UHGV virus genome: UHGV-0125821 | Source of the DNA: a virus | Strand: one strand, 5' to 3' | Length of the DNA stretch: 64,000 nucleotides | Shown: positions 38,381 to 48,149 of the stretch, piece after piece | Layout of the letters: every line of letters begins with the position of its first letter | How positions within the stretch are numbered: the first letter of the stretch is position 1 | Program-made: the position numbers and the translations under genes | Notes under the pieces: generated by a model | The model's input: the letters and a program-made list of their open reading frames with translations, nothing else | What the model was told of the DNA's origin: nothing | Databases searched by the model: none

Positions 38381-39211
38381 TCAGATATCGGCCTTATTCG
38401 GAATTTTATCAGCCACCAGCGGCAATAAAGCCTTCGCCATTTCATGAACCAACATGGCATCAATGACGCCTAGCGTATGGCCCGGCTTAATCTTTAATGC
38501 GGCCTCAAGATAGCCTCTTTCCAGAGTGGTTTTTACGCTTTTCTTGGGCGATTGTTGGGAACTATCCGGAAAATCCGGATGGTTGCCAGCCAGTCTACGC
38601 AAAACGGCCTTAACAGCCTCAATACGGTCATCATCGCAATTTTCCAGCGTATCTATGCGGTCGAGCATGATGATTGCGTTATCAATATCAGGATTGCCGG
38701 TCCACTCATTACCGCGATTGGATTCGGCAGCATGGTTGCCGCGTACTGGTTGATTCTCGGCTTTACCCTGTCTGTCGTCGCTGCATGAATGCCCTTCCAG
38801 CCAGGCCAATGCTTGTCGCATGAAATACGCAATATGTTTGCCGTGGTAATCGTCTTCATCGATGTGAAAAGCGATACTGCGGATGTATTCAATTGCGTTT
38901 TCAATGGCCTCCGGCGTTATCGGCGCTGGCGGTGCGGTATAAAACTTCGTCCCCAACGGCAACAACTTCATCGCTTTTTCTCCCTTAATGATGCGATAAG
39001 TTGATTTCCCGCCAAGGTCTACCGTCCCATCCATAACAAGGCCATGTTGCTTCTCTGAAACTTCACCAATAGGCTCTGCTTCCAGCGATGTCAGCGCAAT
39101 CCGCGCCAGTTCTTCCGCTTCTTCTGCTGGCAGTACAACGTTGCTACCAGGTCCGTATGTTTCGCGCCACTGCTTGATTGTCAGTAGTCGCTCTTTGGTT
39201 ATAGTGGTCAT
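38381..39211 (-). CDS. Hypothetical protein
   Basis: 276 aa; 4-nt overlap with the upstream gene. Confidence 0.5.
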   Translation of the reverse strand: MTTITKERLLTIKQWRETYGPGSNVVLPAEEAEELARIALTSLEAEPIGEVSEKQHGLVMDGTVDLGGKSTYRIIKGEKAMKLLPLGTKFYTAPPAPITPEAIENAIEYIRSIAFHIDEDDYHGKHIAYFMRQALAWLEGHSCSDDRQGKAENQPVRGNHAAESNRGNEWTGNPDIDNAIIMLDRIDTLENCDDDRIEAVKAVLRRLAGNHPDFPDSSQQSPKKSVKTTLERGYLEAALKIKPGHTLGVIDAMLVHEMAKALLPLVADKIPNKADI

Positions 39212-39489
39212 TTGTTAACCCTCAAAACTTTATGCCCGGGCGCAAAAGCACGCGTTTTGTCTTTGCTTATTCGCCAGCCATCCTTGCGCGCCTCTTTTGC
39301 ACAGCCAGCCCATGACGTACCTATATACTCACCGAAGTCTGGCACTGGATATACACCTTCCGTGCACTGACGGCAGTCACAATAGAGATGCATGGTGTAA
39401 CTTGCAGCGATAGCCATATCACTCTCCTTTAGTACGCAAGTGGTTTTTCCAGCGGTTTTGCGCCGCGCTGGGCTTTTTGCAAAAACCAC
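39208..39489 (-). CDS. Hypothetical Cys-rich small protein (start uncertain)
   Basis: YCDCRQCTEG and WAGC cysteines suggest a zinc-binding fold. Confidence 0.35.
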   Translation of the reverse strand: MVFAKSPARRKTAGKTTCVLKESDMAIAASYTMHLYCDCRQCTEGVYPVPDFGEYIGTSWAGCAKEARKDGWRISKDKTRAFAPGHKVLRVNK

Positions 39490-39593
39490 AATCCATCATC
39501 CCGTAATGTTTCATTAACCCCATCCGTCGGTTGCTGAGTCTCACCCACTGCCAGACGCCAGGAGCGTTTCTACGAACTAACAGAATCTTTGCT

Positions 39594-40346
39594 TTACGGT
39601 TTTTCATCGTTTTGCTCTCCTGCGTCTCCTTTGATGCAAATGCCAGCGACGCATGGCACATTAACTTCCACGATGCGCACAGTTGGTTTGTACATCTCAA
39701 TCGCTGTCAGCCAGTCAGCGCCAGTCATGCGCTTTTCTGCATCGCCATTAGTCCACTTAACCGGTACACCAATAGCCTTCATCGCGATTTCTATTTCCCC
39801 GGCGATGGCGCTTTTTCCGCAACCAGTAAAACCAGAAACAACGACAAGAACTTCACCTTTGGCTGGTTTTATTTCCCGTGCTTCCAGTTCTGCAATGCGC
39901 TTCTCTGCGGCTTCCAGCTTCTCGCGCATATCGTCAACGTACTCGACCAGAGAACCGCCAGCAGGAATTTCGCACTCCTCGACCAGTTGGAAGTAGATAT
40001 CAGCTGCGGCCCGTGTGTTGCTATGCCTAGCGTCGCCCATCTCACCTTCACGAAGAGCATCGCGTTCGGCGGTAAGATTGGCTATTTTGCTGTCTTTGCC
40101 TTCCAGCTCAACACGCAGCTTCCCTACCGTTAGCGCAATATCCTCGTTCTCCTGATCGCGGCTTTTGATGTATTGCAGGTTTCTTTCCCGTTCATCCAAC
40201 AATGCCAGCGCGATATCTGGCGAAAAGTGCTTCATAAAATCGTTAAGCGCATTAATTCGCTGATCGAAAGGCATTACAGGTGCTTCACCAGCAATTTTTG
40301 TTTTTTCAGCGATTTCACGAAGCTTTTGATAATCAATCTTGCTCAC
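39594..40346 (-). CDS. Paralog-family early protein with C-terminal P-loop NTPase-like domain
   Basis: GTG start after AAGGAGG; N-terminus SKIDYQKLREIAEK shared with three paralogs; Walker A-like GFTGCGKS. Confidence 0.5.
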   Translation of the reverse strand: MSKIDYQKLREIAEKTKIAGEAPVMPFDQRINALNDFMKHFSPDIALALLDERERNLQYIKSRDQENEDIALTVGKLRVELEGKDSKIANLTAERDALREGEMGDARHSNTRAAADIYFQLVEECEIPAGGSLVEYVDDMREKLEAAEKRIAELEAREIKPAKGEVLVVVSGFTGCGKSAIAGEIEIAMKAIGVPVKWTNGDAEKRMTGADWLTAIEMYKPTVRIVEVNVPCVAGICIKGDAGEQNDEKP

Positions 40347-40987
40347 TGGTTGCCTCCTTTGCGAAGCTGCTCCGCACAATGCAGCAGGGCGTCCGTCGCT
40401 TCTTTCACCGTAACGATGTCGCCATCGTCCAGCCCGGCAACCGTCGCGTCCTTAACGAACACCGAGCAAAGGTCATTAAACGCCTGCGCACGTACTTCAG
40501 CCAGGAGAGCGTCGGTGACCGGAGTTTCAGGAATCCGTCTCCTCATCCGTTCTATTGCATGATTGAACCCGAAATCTTCAGCAAGAGATACGTCATCCAT
40601 ATTGTCATTGTCGTCCTCAATATCCCGTGGTTCTGGAATTGCAGACTTTATTACCGCATTCTCCGCTGCTAGCGCCGCGCACTTGGCCTCAAGAGCGGCA
40701 ACCACTTCCTGATGGTCTTTGTACTTAACGTATGAGCCGGAGATGTCATCACCTTCGGTGTTTAGCCATGCGTCATTGCAATTCACTGCGTAGGTTCTGA
40801 TGCTCATGCTGATGCTCTCCCGCCCCTGACAGACGCCAGGCCAGTCAATAAAGTATCCGCAATGCCTACCCTCAGACGTGCGCGCAGGATAAATGCCGTT
40901 ATGACCCGGCAAAATATATGCTACCCATTCATCTTGCGTTGCCTGTTTCGCCGCCTCGCGCAGTTCTTTATAGTTAATTTCGCTCAC
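40343..40987 (-). CDS. Paralog-family early protein (Ea22-like organisation)
   Basis: N-terminus MSEINYKELREAAKQ and C-terminus LRKGGNQ shared with paralogs; near-identical gene junction repeated at 40340, 40975 and 45860. Confidence 0.5.
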   Translation of the reverse strand: MSEINYKELREAAKQATQDEWVAYILPGHNGIYPARTSEGRHCGYFIDWPGVCQGRESISMSIRTYAVNCNDAWLNTEGDDISGSYVKYKDHQEVVAALEAKCAALAAENAVIKSAIPEPRDIEDDNDNMDDVSLAEDFGFNHAIERMRRRIPETPVTDALLAEVRAQAFNDLCSVFVKDATVAGLDDGDIVTVKEATDALLHCAEQLRKGGNQ

Positions 40988-41223
40988 TGGTTGCCTCCTT
41001 TACGGATCTGCGCTGCGATGCGCGAAAAAAAAGACTCCCGCGTATGACTGTTAAGAGCTGGCGCGAACGCTGCGTTAAGAACAGCAGCATCACAGCCGTC
41101 ATCAATATAGAGCGCAATTTTTTTCTCCAGGCGCGCTTTGGCTTCCTGCAACTGCATACCCCGGCACGCACGCGGGATATAATCAGCAATTTGAGCGATA
41201 GCCTTTTCGTTCTGTTTAAACAT
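40984..41223 (-). CDS. Short paralog-family protein sharing the C-terminal IRKGGNQ module
   Basis: 79-aa ORF ending with the same motif and junction as its neighbours. Confidence 0.4.
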   Translation of the reverse strand: MFKQNEKAIAQIADYIPRACRGMQLQEAKARLEKKIALYIDDGCDAAVLNAAFAPALNSHTRESFFSRIAAQIRKGGNQ

Positions 41224-41419
41224 GCTTCACCTCGATAGGCTTGATGGTGTCTAACAGCAGTCGACGGCGCGTATTTTCTGCAAAGTGGCGGCGTCCGGTA
41301 TCTTTGTGGTAAAACTCATTTTTGCCGACGACCCACATCCGCTCTGTTTGGTGCAGTTTTTTTACCTGCGGACCGTCTTTGGTGATCACGGTGCCGGTAT
41401 GGGTTTTTACGATTGTCAT
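41216..41419 (-). CDS. Hypothetical small protein
   Basis: 67-aa ORF overlapping neighbours. Confidence 0.35.
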   Translation of the reverse strand: MTIVKTHTGTVITKDGPQVKKLHQTERMWVVGKNEFYHKDTGRRHFAENTRRRLLLDTIKPIEVKHV

Positions 41420-41502
41420 GCCACTACCTCTTCGAACAGATGAACGAGACAGGCCGATGCTCGTCCACCTAAAAAGCTGACGACTTGATGCATACTCACG
41501 GT

Positions 41503-42195
41503 TTATTCCTGAATGCGCTTAAACTCAATTACCCATACCCACGGGTTAGATAGCCAGTTATCCTGCCCGTAAATACTGCGCCAGATATCACCAAAACCAA
41601 CGCGATAAACAGCTTCCGGCGGTGTAATTTTGTACATCGCCGGAGATGCGCCTTCTGCTTTAGCATCTGCCTCGCTCATATCACGCAGCCGTTCCACACG
41701 CACGTCGGTAATTTCCAGCAAAATGCGCGATGCCCAGCGCGGCATGTGAATTGATGGACACCACCCGCCATCAAATTTTTCATTCACAGTGTGAGGTTTC
41801 CAGTCGGCATCATCGGGTATCGACCACAAGCCGTAATCACCCGGCTTTTGCTCACAACTGGCCCGATAAATCCTTGCTGCGTTCTTCTCATCGCCACGAC
41901 AAAGGTTGTCGTTCCAGTCCACACTGCAACCATCCTCATTGCCTAATATCGCCCACGCCTCACGGACCCATATGCGATCACCAACGTTACCGAACGGGCA
42001 TAAACCATGTTCAGGTGCATCCATAACGTGGGTATAGACACCATTGCGTTTCTTTGTCGGTTTACGGATAACCAGGCAGTTATCGGCCCTGACATTTTTT
42101 ACAGGTCGGCGAGTCTGCGTCTTCCTTCCTTCGAGGATGGCCCTGACCATCTCATCGTTAAAAATCATCCCGCGTTCTTTCATTTTTTGATCCAC
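41503..42195 (-). CDS. ASCH-like domain phage protein (tentative)
   Basis: N-terminal MIFNDEMVRAILEGRKTQTRR and GDRIWVREAW resemble ASCH-fold prophage proteins. Confidence 0.4.
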   Translation of the reverse strand: MDQKMKERGMIFNDEMVRAILEGRKTQTRRPVKNVRADNCLVIRKPTKKRNGVYTHVMDAPEHGLCPFGNVGDRIWVREAWAILGNEDGCSVDWNDNLCRGDEKNAARIYRASCEQKPGDYGLWSIPDDADWKPHTVNEKFDGGWCPSIHMPRWASRILLEITDVRVERLRDMSEADAKAEGASPAMYKITPPEAVYRVGFGDIWRSIYGQDNWLSNPWVWVIEFKRIQE

Positions 42196-42199
42196 CTCA

Positions 42200-43195
42200 T
42201 CAGTTATTGAAAGTGATCACTCCGCGCTCGATGGCGAAGTCAAAAAGCTGGTTAGCGGCTACGTAAAGGCGTATGCCATGTGCTTTTTCCCATGCCCGAA
42301 CATCGTTTTCTGCGCTTCTGGCGCAGTCATCGCAAAGAGGAACAGCCCAGCGGTCGTGTTCGTTTAACGAGCGGGCGCGGTACATGAACGGGTGGTTAAC
42401 TTTGCCACCGCATCCGATGCACGGACGAGAAACCACAAACCGGAGATAAGCCGGGCTTTTACCGAGGACCGCTTTTGGTCGGCGCATATAAAGCAGACCG
42501 GAATCCTCATCTACAGACAGGTTGACGATCTGCTCTGCGGTTATGTCCACCAGCTCACGGGTGCTGTGCTCCCAGGTGATATCTGATTCTTTCAGCGTAC
42601 CGGTAGGGATTTCAGTTTTTGGCTGACAAAATGCAATGCGACCGGCTTCATCTGGCAGCTCATCTTTCAGATTCCGGCGAATGGCCCAAAAAGTGAGTTC
42701 AACCATGCTCAGATCGCGTTCTGGCGGTAGTTTTAACTCGCTCGCAGCCCAGTTCATAACCCAGTTGGCACGATTCAGGGATAACTGGTCGTCCAGCTTG
42801 CTGTACCCCTTCATCATGTATTCCGCATCATGCTTCCAGCACAGGCGAACGGCAGAGCCGTTATAGAAATGGGTGGTTAGCTGGTGGCTGCAATCGCGCT
42901 TATCGTGCGCCTGGCAATCGTGGATATTGGAACTTACCCAATGAACAAGCGAATCTTCACCGCCCAACGCGTTAAATACGCGCTCGCTTTGAAAAAACGG
43001 TTTCAGAGACTGGTTGGCAACCAGCGAATAATTCAGATCCACTACGCCATCTGGCGTGTTTTCAGCCTGTTCACGCGGAAGTGGGGAGATAATGAAACGG
43101 CGACCTGCGCCAATGTAGTTGCTGGTGGGCTTGTCTACCGGAAAGACAGCCACACCAGCTCCGTTTACGAAATGAGGTGTGATTATTGCACTCAT
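42200..43195 (-). CDS. Hypothetical protein with C-terminal Cys-rich zinc-binding-like motif
   Basis: 331 aa; CIGCGG...PLCDDC near the C-terminus; first gene after the bivalent operator. Confidence 0.5.
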   Translation of the reverse strand: MSAIITPHFVNGAGVAVFPVDKPTSNYIGAGRRFIISPLPREQAENTPDGVVDLNYSLVANQSLKPFFQSERVFNALGGEDSLVHWVSSNIHDCQAHDKRDCSHQLTTHFYNGSAVRLCWKHDAEYMMKGYSKLDDQLSLNRANWVMNWAASELKLPPERDLSMVELTFWAIRRNLKDELPDEAGRIAFCQPKTEIPTGTLKESDITWEHSTRELVDITAEQIVNLSVDEDSGLLYMRRPKAVLGKSPAYLRFVVSRPCIGCGGKVNHPFMYRARSLNEHDRWAVPLCDDCARSAENDVRAWEKAHGIRLYVAANQLFDFAIERGVITFNN

Positions 43196-43236
43196 AATGT
43201 ATACCGACTCTGTTTTGTTCCGAGCGGTAAAATAAT

Positions 43237-43270
43237 ATGTTAGAAAACTAAAATCAATGTTCTAACACAT
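43237..43270. promoter_or_regulatory. Bivalent operator-like site (GTTAGA-N16-TCTAAC)
   Basis: ATGTTAGAAAACTAAAATCAATGTTCTAACACAT, 25-60 nt upstream of the 42200-43195 start. Confidence 0.5.
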
Positions 43271-43292
43271 TTTGAGTGCGTAAATGATTTGA

Positions 43293-43985
43293 TCAGACTT
43301 TAAGCTGCCCTCCCTTCACCTGCATTAGCGTCAGATTTCCACAAAAAACCGCGCCCGTGTCTATGTAGTGCTGATTCCAGTATGCTTTTGGTCTTCGTAC
43401 CGGTGTGTGCCCAAAGATAAAGCGATCTGCGCCTGTGATTTCTCCACCAATGCCATCTATCGAATCACCGACGCGACTGCGCGACCAGACAACATCAAAA
43501 AGCGATACATCCTTACCGAACTGGTACTCTCCACCTGGATAGTCGGCATGGGCTATAACGATAGTTTCATGTCCGGTGTTCAACTCAATGATATATGGCA
43601 GACGCTTTACCAGCTCCACCAGCGCCTTGGCTAATATTTCCTGATCAGTGTCCAGCATGAAGAACCATTGTCCGCCATTCATTAGCCAGTTATTCACGTT
43701 GCCATCTGGACTTAACGCATCAAGCATCAACCGCTCATGGTTCCCCATTACTGCCCTGAACCAGGGCATCTGCAATAGTTCCAGACATTCGACATTTTCA
43801 GTACCGCGATCGATAAGGTCGCCAACCGATATCAGTAAATCCTGCGCCGGGTCAAAATCCACACGATGGAGTTCGGACATCAGTCTGGTGTAGCAACCAT
43901 GCAGATCACCAACTACCCATATGTTTCTGTAGCCAGAACCATCAATACGGCTATATAAATTCACTTCATGCATAGCTTGGATCAT
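43293..43985 (-). CDS. Ser/Thr protein phosphatase, lambda-PPase-like metallophosphoesterase
   Basis: Motifs VVGDLHG, GDLIDRG and GNHE; start at 43985 gives an ATGA overlap with the upstream stop. Confidence 0.85.
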   Translation of the reverse strand: MIQAMHEVNLYSRIDGSGYRNIWVVGDLHGCYTRLMSELHRVDFDPAQDLLISVGDLIDRGTENVECLELLQMPWFRAVMGNHERLMLDALSPDGNVNNWLMNGGQWFFMLDTDQEILAKALVELVKRLPYIIELNTGHETIVIAHADYPGGEYQFGKDVSLFDVVWSRSRVGDSIDGIGGEITGADRFIFGHTPVRRPKAYWNQHYIDTGAVFCGNLTLMQVKGGQLKV

Positions 43986-44293
43986 GCGGCAACCTTCTCC
44001 CGCAGCCAGATACAAACTGGACCATCTTCAGTGTCATGAATAGAGCCAACAAACCAGCCTTCACCCTCTGGTCGCTCCGGTTCCCAGGCGGCAATATCGG
44101 GACCAGCTGCGTCCATATCAAAATCATCTTCATCCATACTGCGAATAGTCCACTGAAGATTATTTTCCTTCATCCAGGCGTCAAATTCCTCAGTGGAAAT
44201 ATATTCACGACCTGCGCAAAACTTCTCATACTCCGGATGTGTCCAGCAGCCATATTCATCACGTTCTACCGGCATTTCTTTAATTGTGTTCAC
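43982..44293 (-). CDS. Hypothetical acidic protein
   Basis: 103 aa. Confidence 0.45.
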   Translation of the reverse strand: MNTIKEMPVERDEYGCWTHPEYEKFCAGREYISTEEFDAWMKENNLQWTIRSMDEDDFDMDAAGPDIAAWEPERPEGEGWFVGSIHDTEDGPVCIWLREKVAA

Positions 44294-44514
44294 TCTTCAT
44301 CCTCCAAATCAGCAACCGCGTCCATCACATCAGAACCGCGAATAACTTCAAAAGCGCGGCAGGCCATTTGAAATACCCGTTGCTCTTGCGGGTGCGGAGA
44401 CTCCCAATATTTGAAGCCTGGGCGATGCGTGTACCCCATCATGGAATAAAAATCGCCAGCAAGTTCAATCGCGGCATCAACAAGTTCGCGATTTGTCATC
44501 GTCTGTTCTGTCAT
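44290..44514 (-). CDS. Hypothetical small protein
   Basis: 74 aa; 4-nt overlaps. Confidence 0.4.
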   Translation of the reverse strand: MTEQTMTNRELVDAAIELAGDFYSMMGYTHRPGFKYWESPHPQEQRVFQMACRAFEVIRGSDVMDAVADLEDEE

Positions 44515-44801
44515 TTGGTTTTCTCCTGTCTGAACATCACTATCATCAGGTCGCCTTTTGTCGCTATTCTGGCTGTTGTGCCTGGTTCAATGCTGCCAAG
44601 TTCAAATGCGTCATAGAACGCTTCTAATGCCTTCTGGCGTAGTTCCTGTTTGCGCCGTTTTTTCCACTGTTTCAGGAAAATGGAACCCAGCCATCGCCAT
44701 GTACGGGACATGATGTAAAGCCAACCGAGAAGTGCCAGACCGGAATTTAGGAGCGTATCGATCGTTATTGTCGTGTCGATATTCATTGGATTCTGCCTCA
44801 T
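44511..44801 (-). CDS. Hypothetical small membrane protein
   Basis: 96 aa with one hydrophobic helix. Confidence 0.4.
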   Translation of the reverse strand: MRQNPMNIDTTITIDTLLNSGLALLGWLYIMSRTWRWLGSIFLKQWKKRRKQELRQKALEAFYDAFELGSIEPGTTARIATKGDLMIVMFRQEKTK

Positions 44802-44877
44802 CTTTTTTCATCGTATCCCCCTCCCATGCGGGGCGACGGTGCGCCCCGTTAAAATTCAAAGTGATCAAATTCGTCAT

Positions 44878-45201
44878 TCATTTTCTTAAGTCCTCTTCCC
44901 GGATAACGTTGTTGCACGCATCCACACACTCGTCGCAGATGAAAACGTCTTCCCCGGCAATTAACTTTTTGACGGCGTGCTGTGGTTTATTGCAGAAGCT
45001 GCAATAAAGCGTTCGCCTGACTGATACGGATGGTGCGCCAGATGTCAGCCGCGCGATGTCGTTCTTGCGACGCAATATCACACGGCTGCACTCGACCAGC
45101 ATCTCCGGGGATATCTTCTCCTCCGTAGCGAGCGTTTCTAATCGTTCGAGTATGTGGAAGGCTTTTTCCTGGGTAATTGCAGAATGCGATGTGGTCATCA
45201 T
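44878..45201 (-). CDS. Small protein with ClpX-type N-terminal zinc-binding-domain-like C4 module
   Basis: [39 protein letters not shown] parallels the ClpX N-domain ([40 protein letters not shown]); no AAA+ module. Confidence 0.6.
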   Translation of the reverse strand: MMTTSHSAITQEKAFHILERLETLATEEKISPEMLVECSRVILRRKNDIARLTSGAPSVSVRRTLYCSFCNKPQHAVKKLIAGEDVFICDECVDACNNVIREEDLRK

Positions 45202-45866
45202 CTTTTCCCTTCAAAGTTCGGGCGCAGGCAGGATTGTCCTTTACGAAGCAGGGCTGCGAACCTGTCAGCCGCATCCGCGCAAGCAGAAGCAACGGAATCA
45301 AAAAATGGATCATCTCCGGTATCGCGCATCGTCAAAGCGAATGCCTCCAATCCCTGAGCCTGTATTTCAACAAGGTAAGCTTCAGATGTAGTGCTTTTCG
45401 CCTCGCCTAATTTGTTATGAGCTATGTTCGCTACACATGCGATGTCTATATCTGGATGATTAATTGGGAGATGGCTAAGAATTTCCTCAAGTGCTGCTTT
45501 TTTGTTTTGGCATTCCGCCACCAGCGCCCCGCAATTGCTTTCCAGCTCTGCAATACACTTTTTAGCGGCTTCCAGCTCAACACGCAGATTCTCAAGCGTT
45601 AGAGCCATCTCCACGTTCTCGTCCAGCAGTTCAATCACATCAGGATCGCTATCATCAACTACTGTTATGCGCGATTTTTTGTAATGCTCGTCAGCATAAG
45701 TTCGTCCAGTTTTGAAGCATCCGTCATCCTCCATGCCAGAACAGGCATAAACAACATGTGATCCAGATATGCGCTGCATTGACATTTCCTCGCCACAAAC
45801 AGAGCATTTAGGCGCTGGTTTCGGTGAAAAACGTTCACGTAACGTCTGATAATAAAGCTCGCTCAC
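45198..45866 (-). CDS. Paralog-family early protein (Cys-rich variant)
   Basis: N-terminus [13 protein letters not shown]; shares the conserved upstream junction. Confidence 0.5.
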   Translation of the reverse strand: MSELYYQTLRERFSPKPAPKCSVCGEEMSMQRISGSHVVYACSGMEDDGCFKTGRTYADEHYKKSRITVVDDSDPDVIELLDENVEMALTLENLRVELEAAKKCIAELESNCGALVAECQNKKAALEEILSHLPINHPDIDIACVANIAHNKLGEAKSTTSEAYLVEIQAQGLEAFALTMRDTGDDPFFDSVASACADAADRFAALLRKGQSCLRPNFEGKR

Positions 45867-46372
45867 TGGATGACTCCTTTACGAAGCTGTTCGGCGATAT
45901 CTTCGAGAACGCCATCAGAGAATGAGCGATCAAAATCGCCTTCCGGCGCATTAGCCATAAACTCAGTAGAGGTAAGAATCATCCGGGCAATATCCGCGGC
46001 GTTCTTCGCAGTATCATCAATAAAACCAGCTTTCCAGGCAGCCAGCATTCTGTTCGCCACAAAGTAAGCGCCCTCCTTGCGTGCTTCAGTCTTCACTTCA
46101 TCCAGGAAAGTGTCGGTCGCAGGAGTAGTTTTTTGTGGTGATAGGGCGATACGAATTGTTTCAAGAGCTGGATCTATTTCCACTGTTGGCACCTTGATAA
46201 AACCAAGCTGCACGCCATTCATAATGAACGTGCGGCGATCCTCACATATCGCCTTCAGTCTCGCATTCTCCGCAGCCAGCGCCGCGCGCTCTTTCTCAAG
46301 TCGGGAAATTTCCGTTACATACTCAGCGTTACGCTCTGCCAGTTGTGCGGGCGTTAAACCTTCAGACTTCAT
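45863..46372 (-). CDS. Paralog-family early protein (coiled-coil)
   Basis: C-terminus [11 protein letters not shown] and the shared junction. Confidence 0.5.
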   Translation of the reverse strand: MKSEGLTPAQLAERNAEYVTEISRLEKERAALAAENARLKAICEDRRTFIMNGVQLGFIKVPTVEIDPALETIRIALSPQKTTPATDTFLDEVKTEARKEGAYFVANRMLAAWKAGFIDDTAKNAADIARMILTSTEFMANAPEGDFDRSFSDGVLEDIAEQLRKGVIQ

Positions 46373-46679
46373 ACACTCTCCTTTCGAAATAAACGTACTG
46401 ATTAATCATGCCCAGGGGCATTTCGAGTTTTTCCGCGATCTCACGGCGGGGAACACCACACTGATGAAGCTGCCGTGCCAGTTCTATATCGCTCTGCCGG
46501 TATTTGGCTGACGGATGAAAGTCTCCTTTCAGAATCATGCTGATCCCCAACTCCCGCGCTTTAGTCCTGACGGCATCACCGGTACGACCGATCAGCTTCC
46601 CAATACTCTCGACCGTCATAGTTCCGGCGCACTGGCGGAGTATCATGATTTCTGCCCTTCCCCATCCCCGCCAGCTCAC
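46362..46679 (-). CDS. Small HTH-containing protein
   Basis: 105 aa; IGKLIGRTGDAVRTKARELG looks like an HTH. Confidence 0.45.
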   Translation of the reverse strand: MSWRGWGRAEIMILRQCAGTMTVESIGKLIGRTGDAVRTKARELGISMILKGDFHPSAKYRQSDIELARQLHQCGVPRREIAEKLEMPLGMINQYVYFERRVYEV

Positions 46680-47314
46680 GCAGAACTCCTTCTAACCAAA
46701 AGAACGCCATCTTCAGAAACAACGTTGCAGGACTTCAGGTAATTCATTGCCTCTTTCGGTAATGGATTCTTTGGATCGGCGTTTGCCAGGGATTTCGATA
46801 ACCTCATGATAAATTTGATCATTACCTTCTGGCGGAGCTTGTGCTCATGAGATAAAGAAAGGTAATAGGAAATGGTATGGGCTAAACGCTCACGAAGCTG
46901 TTCTGTGCCGTGATATACAGCAGCGATATCACGCAGTGCATTGACCAGTTCCCGGTAAATATGTGGAGCAACCTGGCATTCAATGTTGGTTGGTGACTCA
47001 TAAATTACAGTCAGCCCCAGCTTTTCAGCCAGCGCGTGCTCTGCACGAGCACCAACCGATTCTTCCCATTGATTGAGCAAATAGATCGCATCAGCAGAAC
47101 GCACCATTGCCAGGCAAATATCCATGTATTCACTCTGGCAAAGGCCACCAGGTAACACCGCTGGATTCAGAACGATATGCCCTTCAGCCATCAGCTCGCT
47201 CGCTTTCGCATTAAACGCCGCACGGTTGTAATCTGGATAACCAGTCATCGGCCCCGCGATGTAAATTTTCAAAACACGTTTCACCATCAAAATTTCCCCA
47301 AAATCGTGACGCAA
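46676..47314 (-). CDS. DUF4406-like (nucleoside 2-deoxyribosyltransferase-fold) protein with C-terminal extension
   Basis: KIYIAGPMTGYPDYNRAAF...HIVLNPA...DAIYLL fits the DUF4406 pattern; start may be the internal Met at about 47287. Confidence 0.5.
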   Translation of the reverse strand: MRHDFGEILMVKRVLKIYIAGPMTGYPDYNRAAFNAKASELMAEGHIVLNPAVLPGGLCQSEYMDICLAMVRSADAIYLLNQWEESVGARAEHALAEKLGLTVIYESPTNIECQVAPHIYRELVNALRDIAAVYHGTEQLRERLAHTISYYLSLSHEHKLRQKVMIKFIMRLSKSLANADPKNPLPKEAMNYLKSCNVVSEDGVLLVRRSSA

Positions 47315-47480
47315 AACATAAGCACTGCGAAAAGCTCAATACCAAGCTCAAGTAGCGCCAACGCCCCGAAAAACAACACATAGAACAGGCCAATCTCATT
47401 CACAGATGGCTGGTGGATCGCACTTAAAGCTATAAGCATCATGTCCTCCAAACAGTTATCAGGAATGATATTAATGTTTT

Positions 47481-47510
47481 GTGTTAGAAAATCAATTTTG
47501 AATATCTAAC
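47481..47510. promoter_or_regulatory. Bivalent operator-like site between divergent ref and the minus-strand early operon
   Basis: GTGTTAGAAAATCAATTTTGAATATCTAAC with 16-bp core spacing; P1 ref is C1-controlled. Confidence 0.5.
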
Positions 47511-47559
47511 TGTTTTGATCAATCATAGAAAAATAGCTGAAAAGTAAGAGGCAGCCATC

Positions 47560-48138
47560 ATGCAGAAACAGAGCTATTGGGAGAAACAGAGACAAAAAGC
47601 CATGCAAAAATTGGCTGACCCAGCCTGGCGAGAGGAACAAAGGGCAAAGCGCCTTCAACAAGCTCAACGCCAGCAGCAACGAGCGAGAGAAAAAGCCGCA
47701 TCGCCTGAATATCGGCAAAAGAGAATTGAAAAAGCAAAGCAATATGACCAGCGGAGAAAAGAGAAAACTGTATCCGCTCCGTCCAAAAAAACACGCACGT
47801 CACGCGGCCTGAAGGGCAGATCACTCACAGCCGATGAACGCCGGATACAGACCGCTATCGGTACTCTCCCCTGCATTGCCTGCCATATTCACGGGCAACA
47901 TAGCCCAGTGGTATCCCTGCACCATATCTTCGGGAGAACGGCAGAGAACGCGCATAAATATGTCCTCCCTTTGTGTAAATGGCACCACCAGTACGCAGCG
48001 CCAGCCGAGGTCCGAGAACAATATCCCTGGCTGGTCCCTGTTCATGCTGACGGAAAAATAGGCGGAAAAGCAGATTTCATGCGGCACAATGCCGATGAAA
48101 TGACGTTATATCAGATGGCGATTGAATTGATAAATTAG
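47560..48138 (+). CDS. ref: Ref-like HNH endonuclease (recombination enhancement function)
   Basis: Basic disordered N-terminal region followed by Cys/His-rich core CIACHIHGQH...LCKWHHQ, as in P1 Ref; size close to P1 Ref. Confidence 0.8.
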   Translation: MQKQSYWEKQRQKAMQKLADPAWREEQRAKRLQQAQRQQQRAREKAASPEYRQKRIEKAKQYDQRRKEKTVSAPSKKTRTSRGLKGRSLTADERRIQTAIGTLPCIACHIHGQHSPVVSLHHIFGRTAENAHKYVLPLCKWHHQYAAPAEVREQYPWLVPVHADGKIGGKADFMRHNADEMTLYQMAIELIN

Positions 48139-48149
48139 TTTTCTAACAT
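48135..48149. promoter_or_regulatory. Operator-like motif TTAGTTTTCTAACAT right after the ref stop
   Basis: Exact shared 15-mer. Confidence 0.4.

Noticed and set aside
39594-46372. Possible CRISPR-like or tandem DNA repeat array suggested by the recurring junction sequence
   Set aside because: The repeats are gene-length paralogous coding units with conserved ends, not short direct repeats with spacers.
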